From positions 302,374,001 through 302,438,000 of the forward strand of contig OZ024743.1 of assembly GCA_964016885.1 (NCBI GenBank): a DNA stretch of 64,000 nt, in the 5' to 3' direction. The stretch's first letter is position 1. Each line of letters starts with the position of its first letter. Under the pieces are notes generated by a model, which had not been told where the DNA came from, did no database searches, and worked only from the letters and a program-made list of their open reading frames with translations. Source of the DNA: Eledone cirrhosa. Taxonomy: Eukaryota. Shown here piece after piece: positions 13,791 through 27,530 of the stretch. The translations under genes and the position numbers were made by a program.

Positions 13791-13793
<3 letters not shown>
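13197..13793. repeat. ~600-bp palindrome made of two inverted hammerhead-bearing pLTR-like arms
   Basis: Near-identical arms ~13197-13492 and ~13502-13793 with a short spacer. Confidence 0.9.
13226..13295 (-). ncRNA. Type I hammerhead ribozyme with long stem II
   Basis: CCTCGT-CTGACGA-A-CGAATGA...TCATTCG-G-GAAA-CC(TCT)GG-TA^ATGAGG. The plus-strand twin at ~13695-13764 has GAAG instead of GAAA. Confidence 0.75.
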
Positions 13794-13852
<59 letters not shown>

Positions 13853-13892
13853 ATGAAATATAAGAATCAAAGAACTGTTCAAAACATTTTTG

Positions 13893-13939
13893 TGCTTACA
13901 ACTGTTTCCTCCAAACCGAGGTTTGGATTCTTCGGAGCA
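13893..13939 (-). ncRNA. Type I hammerhead ribozyme, U4C core
   Basis: TGCT-CCGAAGA-A-TCCAAAC(CTCG)GTTTGGA-G-GAAA-CAGTTG-TA^AGCA. Confidence 0.7.
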
Positions 13940-14821
13940 ATTTATTCATGAATGAACAGTTATATGACCTCCTTTTCACCCAAGAGACATGCAGATACAT
14001 ATGCAAATATTGTGGGTCAACATTCATTACAGCATTTAGAGTGGCAGTACACACTTAGAGATTACATTCATATTAAAAGGTACAATCAAAAATACAGGTT
14101 AAAATACATGAAAATAAGCGGTTATATAGTGCAAATGTTATATGTGTGGCAAGCACGTGCGTCTTGTTTATATAGTGTGGCAAAGAGTTACGTGTAGTAG
14201 AAGAACTTAGGTAGGTAAACAAGAGTGTTAGGTTGGTTGATCTGGTGGCAAGTTCTTTATATGATTGTTATAGTCTGTGTGTGGAGAAATGATATAAGCA
14301 TTAAAAATAGTGCAAGCATTAAAAATATTAAAAGTATTGGAAATGCACAGCAAAGGGATGTTATGGACTTCATGTACTTCGACATTTTCATAGTCATGGC
14401 AGTGTATTTTTCAGATTATATGCCCCTCACATAATCCTCGACAATTCGATATTGAGCGTTTGACAATCCAGTTAGATGATCGTAGTCTGATGTTCTTTAG
14501 TTCAATACAGGAGGCTGTTACGTTTCGAGAATCGACATTGAATACTACCCGGAAGTGTGTGTGTGGCTAAGGGGAGTTAATGCATGAGGGGAGGTAACTC
14601 CGAGGTTTCTATTACTAACTATTGAAATGTGTCTCAAAATAGATCCTAATTTCTATGGTTATGCACAACTTCTAAAAAATTTCTAAAGCATAAAGTGTTG
14701 GTTCTACAGTACTAGAAATGGGTTTTACAGTACTAGAACTGTTTCATTCGGGAGAAATCATCACGAATCCGACTGACTAAGGTGTCTGTGTGTGTGTCTG
14801 TATGTGACTGTGGAGGTGTGG

Positions 14822-14852
<31 letters not shown>

Positions 14853-15010
14853 TCTGTTTGTGATTATAAAGACCTGACAATTCTGTATACCTTAACTCAG
14901 CAAGTTAACACACCCACTTTCCTTTTGTCTGCTTAGTATAATTTATCCTTCAAAAAAAATATACATATATATATATATTTGTGTGTGTATGTATCTATAT
15001 GTATATATAT

Positions 15011-15540
15011 GGTCACCAGTTGGTGCTACTGGTAACATGTTTCCCAGTACAACCTGTCTCATGGTCGGGTCGTTGGCGACTAAACTGGCAACCCCACCAA
15101 GGTTACTTGGTGAGGAGGGTGACTTTGGACATCCTGCAAGACTAAAAACAAAATCTGTCAAAGGGAAAGGAGCTCTTAACAGTCAATGGCCATCCAAAAT
15201 CACCGGGAGAGATGACCCCTTAGCCTTTGTCAAGGCAGAATTCTAGGGGAAGGAAAACTCTGATATAACACCTGCAACTCTGATGGTATCCAATGATGTT
15301 GACTTGTTCTTCATTTTGGTAAATATCATCTTGGTTAAGAGAGTGGGACTGGCTTTATGCAGTGCCTTTGCTCACTACAAAAGCTTCACAGCACAGGAAT
15401 TGCTTTATATCTGGAGATCTATCTGGACTTGTCGTCACATGGTACCATGGGCCCAGCACTATGTGTCAATAATTGTCACAAGTGTTGTGTTTGTACCAGT
15501 GTTTTCAAGTCGCTGCCTGGATAAAAAGTCACACTCGTTC
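15011..15540 (+). mobile_element. RTE-like 5' UTR-derived element
   Basis: Starts directly after (TA)n with a structured 5' end. Contains GGGAAGGAAAACTCTGAT (~15248-15265), which I recall from RTE 5' UTRs. No RT ORF. Confidence 0.45.
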
Positions 15541-15610
15541 AGCGCATAGGTAGGACTTCTCCAACATGGATATAAAGTAGTGGCCGTACTCGAAAATGAG
15601 TTGGCAGCCA

Positions 15611-15684
<74 letters not shown>

Positions 15685-16169
15685 GTGTGTATGTATGCAT
15701 GTATATGTGTATTTATTTGTGTGTGTGTCTGTGTATATATATATATATATATATAAATGAGTGTGTGCGTGTGTGCGTGTGTCTGTGTGTGTGGGCATGA
15801 GGCCCTGTATGTGTGGGGGAGTGTAGATAGCTGACCATTTTGGCATACATCAGTAATGAATAGTTATTGTTTGCTTGAATAAATCAACCTTCAACATCAG
15901 GATTGCCTCTCAGTCTGAGTTTGTCTATAGGTACTTAGCTTCAATTTGTTTCTGCCTTGCTTACTCTAAGTATAGGTTTTAAAGAATTACCTTTTCTTTA
16001 AATCCATCAACTATTGACTTACAATCACGACCCTCTCATACCACCAGAAAATGTATAAATAACACCATATTACTCGGACAGTCGGCCCCCTGGTGTTTTC
16101 TTTCGTATGAAATATGTCTAGTCCTCTAGAAGCCATTTCTATGTTATATATACATATATATATATATGA

Positions 16170-16392
16170 CCAAAAGAAATCGAAAATGCAACTGGAGTCT
16201 ACCTAAGAATATATATTTATTTTCTTTACCGGTTTTATAAGCCTTATGCTTTTGAAATGTAGAATTAAGATGGAGATCTTGTGTTTTTCCTCGGAGAAAG
16301 ACTCCAGTTACATTTTCGATTTATTTTCATTATACTTTCACTCGGGTAGGATATCTCGTTTTTGTTTTCATCTAAATAGATTTCATTTTCTT
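16170..16392. repeat. Rearranged (inverted plus direct) fragment of the Neptune-like pLTR
   Basis: 16170-16290 is the reverse complement of ~41590-41725 (AATCGAAAATGCAACTGGAGTCT, TTTACCGG). 16298-16390 matches AAGACTCCAGTT...CACTCG.GTAGGA directly. Confidence 0.75.
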
Positions 16393-16499
16393 ATTTATAT
16401 ATATGTGTGTGTGTGGGGTGTGGGGTGGGGGCGGGTGTGTGTGTGTGTGTGTGTGCGTGCGCGCGCGTGTGTGTGTGTGTGTGTACACACACACGCAAA

Positions 16500-16835
16500 C
16501 TCATGCGCAGAGACAAAGACAAACATATAAATAAATTAATTAAATAGAAATTATAATGGCGTAGGCATACAATACAACAGGAGGAAACATAATAGTACCA
16601 CTTATGATGTTGTTGATATGCAACGAAATAACTTTGATAGACTATATATATATATATATATATTTATAACTGTATTTTTAACCGCTTCTCAATCAATGAT
16701 AAACATTGATTGCCAAATAAATTATGGAGATATCAAAGATACAGAAGCGAAAACCAACCAAACAGTGAGTGTGTTCTGTTATCAATTCTGGCAATGTTAC
16801 TACAACAATATGACCCTACCCAAGTATATCAACAT
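16500..16835 (+). repeat. pLTR-like repeat, family D copy
   Basis: Collinear with 1560-1999 (ATGGCGTAG, GCAACGAAATAACTTT, GATACAGAAGCGAAAAC). Confidence 0.7.
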
Positions 16836-16847
16836 ATATATATATAA

Positions 16848-17371
<524 letters not shown>

Positions 17372-17577
17372 CATTTATTTTATTCACCCATGTAGAGCCG
17401 AACTTGTCTTATATATATATATATATAAATATTTATATATATATATTTATATATATATATTAAAAGTCAGCTCAAAAGAGAGACAGAGGAGACTGAGGTT
17501 AGCTGGACATGGCACCGATAATGAGCGTCAGAGAGCGCTGGAGAGAACTCATCCATGGATCTCGGGAATTTTACCCG

Positions 17578-17651
<74 letters not shown>

Positions 17652-19752
17652 GTTTGTGTGTATGTGTGAGAGAGTGTGTGTGTGTGTGCGTGTGTGTGGT
17701 GTGTGAGCTGAGAAATACTTAGTGATGAAGCATTTCTCTTTTGCTACTTATCGTTTAAAGTTTCTTTTAGAACAACGATGAAGAGAAACATTAATTTAAA
17801 AGATAGAAATAACGTGTTTACTTAGTTCGTTGGAGGTAAATTGTTTCTATGCGATTGTTTTAACTTTATATGGGAATGCCTTAGTCACAAGGGCTGGTTC
17901 ATCTCGGCTGGCTGTCCCATTTCACGATCAGTTGTAAATTGGTAGAAAATAAACGTAGAATGGGCAAAAGATAATCACGATGATGAGACAAATGGCAATG
18001 ATAACGTTGGTTTACTCTGCAAAGACCTACCACTAATATATTCCGTTATTATTTAATTATAAAGGAATGAAACATTGATATGTGGTTTTAAAAATATTTG
18101 AAATTAATCTGATTGTGTTTCATATATACCAATACTGGCTATGTTGCGTGTAATTGTTTTCGAAGAAGAGAACGCTGTTATATTAAATAGGTCCTATAAA
18201 GATGGAGTCCACCAATGCTCCACCAGGAAGGATTGATTGATATATACTTAATAAACGACCATTAGCGAAAAAATTATTCAACAGATTGCTCACTTTGCCA
18301 CTGTTTTTCTCAACCGAATTCATTTTATGTTTATTACAACACAAGCGCCTGTTTACATAAATTATATTATGAACGCGGGTAGTATAAATATGTTTGTAAA
18401 TATATTACCAAAACTGCCAGCTGCTTGCAAATATGCTACCGTATATTTCTTATTTTTCTTAATATATGAGAGTAATAAAAATGTAACGGTATGCCATGTA
18501 AATAGAAATGTTTATAAACTCACTAATAGCGACCGTATGTATTGAAATAAAATGCAAGACATGTTAACTTCAGATAACCAACCATTTTGCATGCAACTCT
18601 ATATAGGAGACGGAAAATGTATAATGTAAGCCAATGAAACATGCATATTCGTATGTTCCCTTTAATAGCTTCTGGCTGAAAAATTTGAAATTTATACAAA
18701 AGAATGATAGAAATTCAGGCATGCAGAATACAAAACTTAGAAATATGGTGGCAGCATGATATAGAGTAAATGTGTCAAGAATATTAAGCACATATTTTGC
18801 AAGTATTTAACAAAGGACATAAAAAAATTTAATATATACTGATATTTGCAATATTTCGCATGAGACTTACTTCAGATGTGCTTATTTAGAAATTGGAGTT
18901 GAGGAGAACGAAGATAGAAGAAAAAGATATGAAGAATATCTGCCACAGTTAGACGCACTAACAACATTGATTGGTTTACTACATGTAAGAGAAGTAACAA
19001 AAATGGAAAATAATGCTGAGACACAATATTCATATACGAATACCTCCCAAATATATCAAAAGCTTAATATATGCTTGGAATTAGGCACTGCCATAGAAAC
19101 ACACAGGATAGGCACCAATAGGTAAAGAAAGAACATTGCTAAAGCATGCATCAAATAAACAATTTGGATGTTGCCGGGGATTCCTCCATAGATAATTATA
19201 CTTCGTCATAGAACAACCAAATATATTCACAATAAAAAGAAAACATTTTTATAAAGTGTTATCCTCCCATGGATTAAAGACATATTGAAAAAATATATTT
19301 TTCAAAGTGATTCAGCGCCGGAGGTAAGCAAGTCTAAGGAAACATATTTTTCGCAAAAACCGATGATTGATGGCATAAGCTTGATTAATCTACTACAATT
19401 AATTGGGCCCCGTCACGAAAGTCTGAGTATTGAGAATAACATAACCATAGACGCCATTTATATTAAATAATGTTTAAATAAACGGAAAATATGAAACGAA
19501 ATTTCATTACTCACTCTTAGTACGGCTGTTACGTAAATATAAGTATGTATATGTATATACATATATGTATACAGACGTACAGTAGTATGTATATATATAT
19601 ATATACATACATGCACACATATATATATATGTACGTATGGATTCACCGAACATTTATTATAATGCTCGGTGTGTTTGTAAACAAAAATCCCGAATCAAGC
19701 CGTACAGTGTCTAGCAACCATCGTTGCTCATTTTTTGAACCCTCACAAAGGA

Positions 19753-19795
19753 ACGCTGTACTAGTTTCAAGCTTATTAGCTATCGTCAGCAACGT
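19753..19795 (-). ncRNA. Type I hammerhead ribozyme (intact, dimer-type)
   Basis: Reverse complement of the 20197-20239 motif. Confidence 0.85.
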
Positions 19796-19902
19796 ATACC
19801 TTCCTGCCAGATGATTGATCGTCTGAAAGTGTATACTTTCCTTATGCATATAACGGCTGAGCAGCCTAATGTGTATATCGAGTGAGTTAATATATATACA
19901 TG

Positions 19903-19971
<69 letters not shown>

Positions 19972-20196
19972 TACTGTAAGCATGTATACATATATGTATG
20001 TACGTATACATACTTATATTTAAATAACAGCCGTATTAAGAGTGAGAAATGAAATTTCGTTCCATTTTTTCCGTTTATCGTTTTCGGTGCGCCCGGCCGA
20101 TTAACTCACTCGATATGCAAATTAGGCTGCTCAGCCGTTAATATGCATAAGGAAAGTATATACTTTCAGACGTTGAATCATCTGGCAGGAACGTAT

Positions 20197-20239
20197 ACGT
20201 TGCTGACGATAGCTAATAAGCTTGAAACTAGTACAGCGT
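20197..20239 (+). ncRNA. Type I hammerhead ribozyme (intact, dimer-type)
   Basis: ACGTTG-CTGACGA-T-AGCT(AATA)AGCT-T-GAAA-CTAG-TA^CAGCGT. Palindromic stem III ACTAGT and a GUA cleavage triplet. Confidence 0.85.
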
Positions 20240-20564
20240 TCCTTTGTCAGGGTTGAACAAATGAGCAACGATGGTTGCTAGACACTGTACGGCTTAATTC
20301 GGGATGTTTGTTTACAAACACACCGAGCATTATAATAAATGTTCGGTGAATCCATACGTACATATATATATATATATATGCATGTATGTATATATATACA
20401 TATTACTGTACGTCTATACATATATGTATGTACGTATATATACTTATAATGTTTAAATAAATATATATGTAAATGAAAATTAGAGCAGTATTTTGAAGTC
20501 CTTTATATTTCTACCAATTAAACCAATGACGTAATTAAGAAAATTATATATATATATATATATA

Positions 20565-20672
20565 TAATTGTTTCTACTATTGGCACAAGGCCAGCAATTA
20601 CCCAGTACATTACTGGTACTTTATTTTATCGACCCCGTAAGGATGAAAGGCAAAGTTAACCTTAGCGGGATT
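20565..20672 (-). mobile_element. tRNA-derived SINE, 3' half
   Basis: Matches 39551-39660. Confidence 0.85.
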
Positions 20673-21149
20673 ATTGGTTGGTTGTTTGAATCAGAGCAAA
20701 ACTACACACACGGACAATTGTCTAGAATCGTCATAAACTATAGATCAAATTGTCAGTTGAAGGTTTAACAATATTGCAGTAGCTTTTATAAAGACGTTTA
20801 CACCAGTTTTTTGATTTTACCGAAAATAGAAAAATTTGATACTGTTTGAAATTAATCTAGTGTATATATTATTTTAGCTTTTTGAGATATTATCATGTAT
20901 TCACCTAATTCAGATGATAGAGAGTCAACCTATTCTCCACGATTGGTGTTTGCATTTATTTCTATTTTTATTTGTTATTTTTTTCACGATATTTTCCAAG
21001 AAAATCAATTGCATCAAGGCTTCAAAACAGCGCTCATCTATCGGGGAGTTACATTGTCCGCCAAACTACTGAAATCATCAAGCGAAATCGCAGCTCACGA
21101 TCAATAAAAAAAGACTTTGGAACAAAGGTGACAAGTCACGATTGTGGCA

Positions 21150-21600
21150 TCCAGCAGAATATGGGACGGGAATCGGAAATGTTAAGACAACAAGAAAGAG
21201 GATCGCAACTTTCTGAAAGTGTAAAAAACATGAGACAGGAAACAAAAAGATTAAGGCAAGAAGAATGACTATCGCAGCAGACAAAGGTTCAATATGAAAA
21301 TAGCCAAGATGCAAAATTTGACGAGCACAAAGGAATCTTCCAGCTAGAAAAACTCGCTAAGAGTTTGTTTTCAAATTTTCCATTGAATAATTATATGAAT
21401 GATACTAAAGTCCCGAATTTTAGCATGGATATTAAACTTAGCATATGCTGCCTAGGAGGAAAGGCCAGACTTTCGCACACTTCCATGTACTGCTTACAGA
21501 GAGTAAAAAACGAAGCTAATCACTCTAGAAACAATGTTATGTGGTATAATGCTGCGTTTCAGATGACTCCCTTAGAAGCTGAAAAGATCGTACTGACTAT
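21150..21600 (+). pseudogene. Decayed Helitron RepHel N-terminal fragment
   Basis: CCLGGKARL and NNVMWYNAAFQMT resemble the RepHel CCxxGKVxL and NIRxYNSAFQMTS motifs. An R/E/Q-rich stretch lies upstream. Confidence 0.55.
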
Positions 21601-21698
21601 GTTTATTTCACATTTAAAATCTAAGGCCGATGCTGCCACTTAATTGGCAGTTTACACCCCCAGCCTAGTAAGGAAGGTTTTATTATTGTTATTTTTAC

Positions 21699-21767
<69 letters not shown>

Positions 21768-22094
21768 CTGTCTATCTATCTAGCTATCTATCTCTCTCTC
21801 TCACTCTCTCTCTCTCTTTATGTGTGTGTGTCTCTCTCTCTATCTATTTCTCACTCTCTCTCTCTCAGACACACACATTACGGTCGCACATCATACTGTA
21901 AACCACATCCAATACAGTCGTTTTCTCTTTTTTCCGTCTTCTCTTAACTGTTCCGCCGGGTGAAGCCGAGTACGTCAACTAGAATTTATATATATAAGGA
22001 AAATAAGAAAAAAAGTAGAAAATGCTAATTGGACGTTATCATAGTAAACAGAAAAAACAGATATGTAGTGGCCGGATTGTTCTACCGATATATG

Positions 22095-23030
22095 CCGGAT
22101 CAAAGAGCACATCAACACCAGGGCCTCATCTTTCCGGAAACACCTCACTAAATGCAGAAACAAAGACGGATGGCCCATTGTCACTGTGCTAGCAACGAAA
22201 CGCCACATCGGCACGCTACAAATCAAGGAAGCACTTTGGATCAAACGCCTAGGGCCACAAATAAATAACCGATCCGAGAGAAGCGAGATGAGGTGGTGGT
22301 GTGAACTAACGAGGCACGAACACACGCACACACACACACACACAGTGACATTCAAACGGTTGTTTTTGTGTGTGTAACACCGCCACCATCCACCGACCTA
22401 ATATAAAAAAAATAGAAAAGATACCAGGCAGAATACTAATACTACCAGACGCCTATACTACACTGCCTGTTCCAAACACACAACACAGGTAAATAGTACA
22501 ATGGACTGACAGCTAATGCCATCCCACTCCCCAAATTAAGAGAATTACTTCGACTCCTGCTTGACCACACCTATTCCGCGCGCATGCGCGCTCTGCCGAA
22601 TACCTCAATTAGTCACGAACAGCCAACAGCAGAGAACACGTTCCATTCCTCTGCGACAGATAACATTTCCCCTCCGGAAAATCTCCCAGTTGATGGATGC
22701 GAATCCGAATTATAGGCACAATTAAATCTCTCCAAGTTAACTCTATCTCGTGTTATTATTTTTTTATTTTTTAAGGTCTTTCCTACGTTCCTCTACACAC
22801 TTTAATTCTCATTCTACATTCCCTTACATCTTGTGTTATTATTTTTATTTTTGCGCTCTTTCCTACGTTCCTCCACGCACCATACATCACATGTTACACC
22901 CCCTTACATCTCTCCCTTCAACACAGGATCCTGTTACCCGGAGAATTACCCATCTGCATTGTTGACGCTTCCAAAACGACCAAAATATAATAAATGTTAT
23001 TACTTCACAATGCTTCAAGCAAACTTCAAT
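22095..23030 (+). mobile_element. 3' end of a family C PLE (GIY-YIG C-terminus, 3' UTR, pLTR)
   Basis: RIKEHINTRASSFRKHL...IKEALWIKRLGPQINNR. CAGTTGA motif at 22687. Ends in ATGCTTCAAGCAAACTTCAAT (MLQANFN). Confidence 0.9.
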
Positions 23031-23105
23031 ATATATATATATATATAAGGAAATATATAAAGATATATATATATATATATATATATAGATAGATAGATAG
23101 ATATG

Positions 23106-23199
<94 letters not shown>

Positions 23200-23214
23200 T
23201 ATATATACATATAC

Positions 23215-23298
23215 TGCAGATCAGGACCATTGTATCGTGCGTGGAAGGACCGCTCTACAAAATTTCATGGCTCCTAGCCAGAATACTCAAACTCATCT
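23215..23298 (+). mobile_element. ~85-bp PLE RT fragment embedded in (TA)n
   Basis: [25 protein letters not shown] versus QIRPIVSSIEGPLHKISWFLSQVLK in the 48-50 kb ORF. Confidence 0.85.
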
Positions 23299-23454
23299 TA
23301 TATATATATACATACAATATATATACATATATATATACATATATATATATATACATACAATATATATATATACATATATACATATATACATATATACATA
23401 CAATATATATATATATACACAAATACATACATACAATATATATATATAGTTAAA

Positions 23455-23969
23455 AGAATAGAGGTGTAACACACAAGTTATTATAAATTGGTAAACGGAA
23501 TAGAAAATGCTGACAAATTGTTCACAGTTGAAAAATGGTTTAATTAGGAATAAAAGAGTATTAGTGATTGTATGGGTTAGTATTCGGTTGTGGTTTTAAG
23601 TTTTTAAGTTTTTACCGGTTGCGCATTTCTAAATGCTTTTCCAAAATAATTTTGAGATAGAGTGTCCGTGCTGTTTGCTCTGATCTGATTAGTTTTGGGA
23701 ATTCTACCTGTTTTTATGTTAAAAAAATTAGCTCCAGCGTTATTTTTGTGTTTCAAAAATGGTTGTGGTCAAAACAATTTTGATTGGTCGGTAGAAGTCA
23801 TGTGAATGTAAAAAGTTGATTTTGCGCCAAGACTGTTTTTATGTTAAAATGTTAGAAAAGTGGCTCCAGCAAAAATTATTGGTCAAAACAATTTTGATTG
23901 GTCGGTAGAGGTCATGTGGATAAAAAATTGGTTTTGCGCCAAGATTGAGAAATGACTCTTTCACAACAA

Positions 23970-23970
<1 letters not shown>
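23455..23970 (-). repeat. Diverged solo pLTR related to the Neptune-like element
   Basis: Minus strand reads TGGAAAA-GCATTT(AG)AAATGC-GCAA-CCGG-TA-AAAA (decayed hammerhead), TTGGCGCAAAA and ACCAATCAAAA. Internal ~110-bp duplication. Confidence 0.6.
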
Positions 23971-24030
<60 letters not shown>

Positions 24031-24113
24031 TGTGTGTGTAGTAGTAGTAGTAGTAAGGTATTCGATGCTGCGACAATAGCCAGCAGCGATGTGTGTCAAA
24101 TGGCTATTAAGAT

Positions 24114-24166
<53 letters not shown>

Positions 24167-24481
24167 TGTGTGTGTATGTGTGTGTGTGTGTATATATATA
24201 CAGCAGAGTCATTCGAAGGTCAAAGGATATTTTTCAGCTTTTGTCTTATACGGAGAAGTGCGTGTGTGTGTGTGTGTGTGTGTATAAGTATCTTTGTATG
24301 TTGATGTACGCGTGTGTATGTGTTTGTGTATATATGTGTGTGTGTGGGGGGGTGCAGTATTTTTTTCCCCCTGGTAAAATGGTGTACATTATTCGATTTT
24401 TTCAGTAAAATCGGTTCTCTTAATAGAACATCAAAAATCTTAACAATAAAAGGTGTGAAATGATATTCACTATTCCGTTTA

Positions 24482-24523
<42 letters not shown>

Positions 24524-26036
24524 CATACAATATATATATATTGTATTCAGTATATATGTATAAATAAAATACATTTGTTTCCCCAAACCCCAAGGAAAAC
24601 ATCTTAACCTGGCAGCTTATATTATGCATACATTTAAATATATTGAATGAATCATTTCAAAACCTGTGCACTGGACTCACACCGAAGGTGTAAAGTGGAC
24701 AACACACAATTTTCAGTGTCCGGATTTACCACGATACAAAGAATATCCTCTACTCTATTTTTCTTTTGCTTTTTTTTATGCAATATATATTTGCTGAGAG
24801 AGATTTTATTTCCTACTGCCTTTGGTAACCGTAATTTATTTCAACATATATTCTATTGTTACTTAGTGCTAAGAAAATTTAAAAAAAATGGAATATGTTT
24901 CAGAGTGTTTATATATTGGAACATGACCTGGAACAATATGAAATTTTCAATATATTATTCCATGTGTTTTCTTATGTCTATGTACATGTATTACAGCCAA
25001 CACAACGGTCTGAAGAACATCTCAATTATGCATTAATTAGTACCTCGGTTCGCCAAAACCGGGCCTTGAGTTAACGTCATTCTTTATTTAAATCACAATC
25101 ATATTTTGGCCCAGATATACAACTATCCCACAAGAGCAGTAACGTTTCCTTAATATTTATTTAAAGCACTGGCTATAAAATAAGAAAGAACATTTAATCA
25201 TATTAGTAAAATTCACTTAAATAGATTTTTAGTCAAATAGTTTTTTCGGGGTTTTAATACATTATGTCTAAATCCAATTACATGCTTATATATTTTAATC
25301 AAACTAAGACGAGTTTTCTTAGCCTTCTGCTTTTCGGGGGAAAAGTGTTTTGATCGCCACTTCTTACGAACAAATTTCACTTACGACGATAGAAATACTC
25401 AGAAAAGTAATAACGTTAAATATTCTAATATTAAGTCTTTGTAAATATATTGCATTTTCGAACATTAAGCTTTATTTAAAATTCAATTATATTTCAGCAA
25501 GCGATTTTTTCGAGATATTTAGACTTTTATTATGTCATAATATATTAGAAGATATTTTACGTAAACGAAGCAATCTAATTTTAGTCATTGTTCATGATTT
25601 TTACTGTGATCGTTGTGTTTCTACTAGTTTGTGAGAAGAAATACCCTTAGATATGCAGATTATTTCTAAACAATTTAGTGGTAACGAGAGTTGACAGATT
25701 TGCACGGCATGGTGTATCCGAATGAAAGTAGATTATTGATTATGTATATATTCTTGTTAATCTATTGATTGTTTCGTCTCTTTTATAATTATAATGATGG
25801 TTGGAGTTTTCTGTTTTCTTTTGTTATTTTTGTTAATTATTTTCTTTCTGCTAGAATGAACGGACAATGACATCTGAATGATAAATGTAACTAAAGATAT
25901 CAAAACAAATCTATAAATAATGCTAAGTGGTATACTCTCCCTCTCTCTCTCCCTCTCTCCCCCTATCTCTCTCCCTCTCTCCCCCTATCTCTCTCCCTCT
26001 CTCCCCTATCTCTTTCTCCCTCTCTCTCCACACATA

Positions 26037-26137
<101 letters not shown>

Positions 26138-27339
26138 GTATAAATATATATAAAAGATTAATAACTTGTCAAATATTTACGTCATTGCTGTCTGCCATAA
26201 AGCTCATATATATATTTTTTTAACGAAATAAATATTTATTAATCAGCTATAAATTAGATTAAAATAAAAAATAAATAATAATAAAAGCCCAGATGTTCTA
26301 CTACGCCAAATTGTCTAAATAATTGTTCTCTCATAAACTGATTAACGTGATGAGGTGATGTTTATGACTATCGTATGATCGTTAGATTTATTTTCGTGAT
26401 ATTTATAAAGGTAATGAAAAAGGAGATTGCATTATAAATAACACTTATACTTGATTGATATATAAAGCGCAATAGAAGATGACTTGCAATATGTCTTGCC
26501 TCTATGAGAAATATTTGTGTTGAGGAAATAATTTCATTAGTGAGAAAATAATTCTGAAATGTAAAATAAATATATTTATCATTCCAAATCTACACTAAAA
26601 AAAAGATTCACCTCCTGGTTCTAAACAATAATGTATTGAATTAGCGAAATATATGTTAAGATCAAAGTGTTCATTCAATATAAATTACTTCTTATACATG
26701 AACTGATCCATTCTGCCGATTATACAGACCAGTTTTAAACACATATCTAAAATATTGCAGATTGCTGTACGCATATAGTAACCACAAATAAGACTAAGTA
26801 ATTCGTAATAAACAGTAACCTCAACTATATTAAAATATGTACTTCGTTATCAGCTAAGTATATCAAATATATTCATTTCACTTCTAATATCGAATGAGAA
26901 CAAACAGTTGAATCAACCGATTCTCGCTCTACCACATGTTTGTACATTTAAAATTCCCTACAACAATGCAATACTACACATCCGTAGTAATGATCACTGC
27001 GATATGCCCAACTGGCAACTGATTCCGATATACTTCACATTGTATAAGTAATTCGTTATAAGTAATTCGTTACACAATTAATGCCAAAGCAGAAAATACT
27101 AATTTTTCAAGAGGAAATTCAGGAGATATACAGGGGCAGAATAATTTTAGGAATTAAATATGCGCCGTCATCAACAGAAATGCTGTGATATTAACACTAA
27201 ATCAATAATTACAGTTGGCAAATTCTTACGTTTTCCAATTTATCTATTCATATAGTGAATATAACTAAAATATCTTTTAGTACGTAATTTCGTTTATACC
27301 AAAATCAGTATCATTTAGAATTACATTATATTATGATCG

Positions 27340-27530
27340 ATGGACTGGCAGTATCGGTAGAGGGTCGGACGCAATGCTTTGCAGAATAGGGTTACAGCTC
27401 GTTACGGTCTGAGTTCAAATCCCGTCGGGGTTAACTTTCCTTTTATCCTTACATGGTCGATGAAATAAAGTACTAGTAATGCACTGGGATAATGGCTGGC
27501 CTTGTGCCAAATGTAGAAACAATTATATTA
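27340..27530 (+). mobile_element. tRNA-derived SINE
   Basis: TGGCAGTATCGG box A, GAGTTCAAATCC box B and the conserved core. Confidence 0.88.

Larger units (their letters stand above)
19467..20461. mobile_element. ORF-less hammerhead element (inverted copy plus ~1.1 tandem ~430-bp unit) with 16-bp TSD
   Basis: ATAATGTTTAAATAAA at 19467-19482 and 20446-20461. 19483-19890 is inverted relative to 19970-20445, and the unit start recurs at ~19971 and ~20403. Confidence 0.85.
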
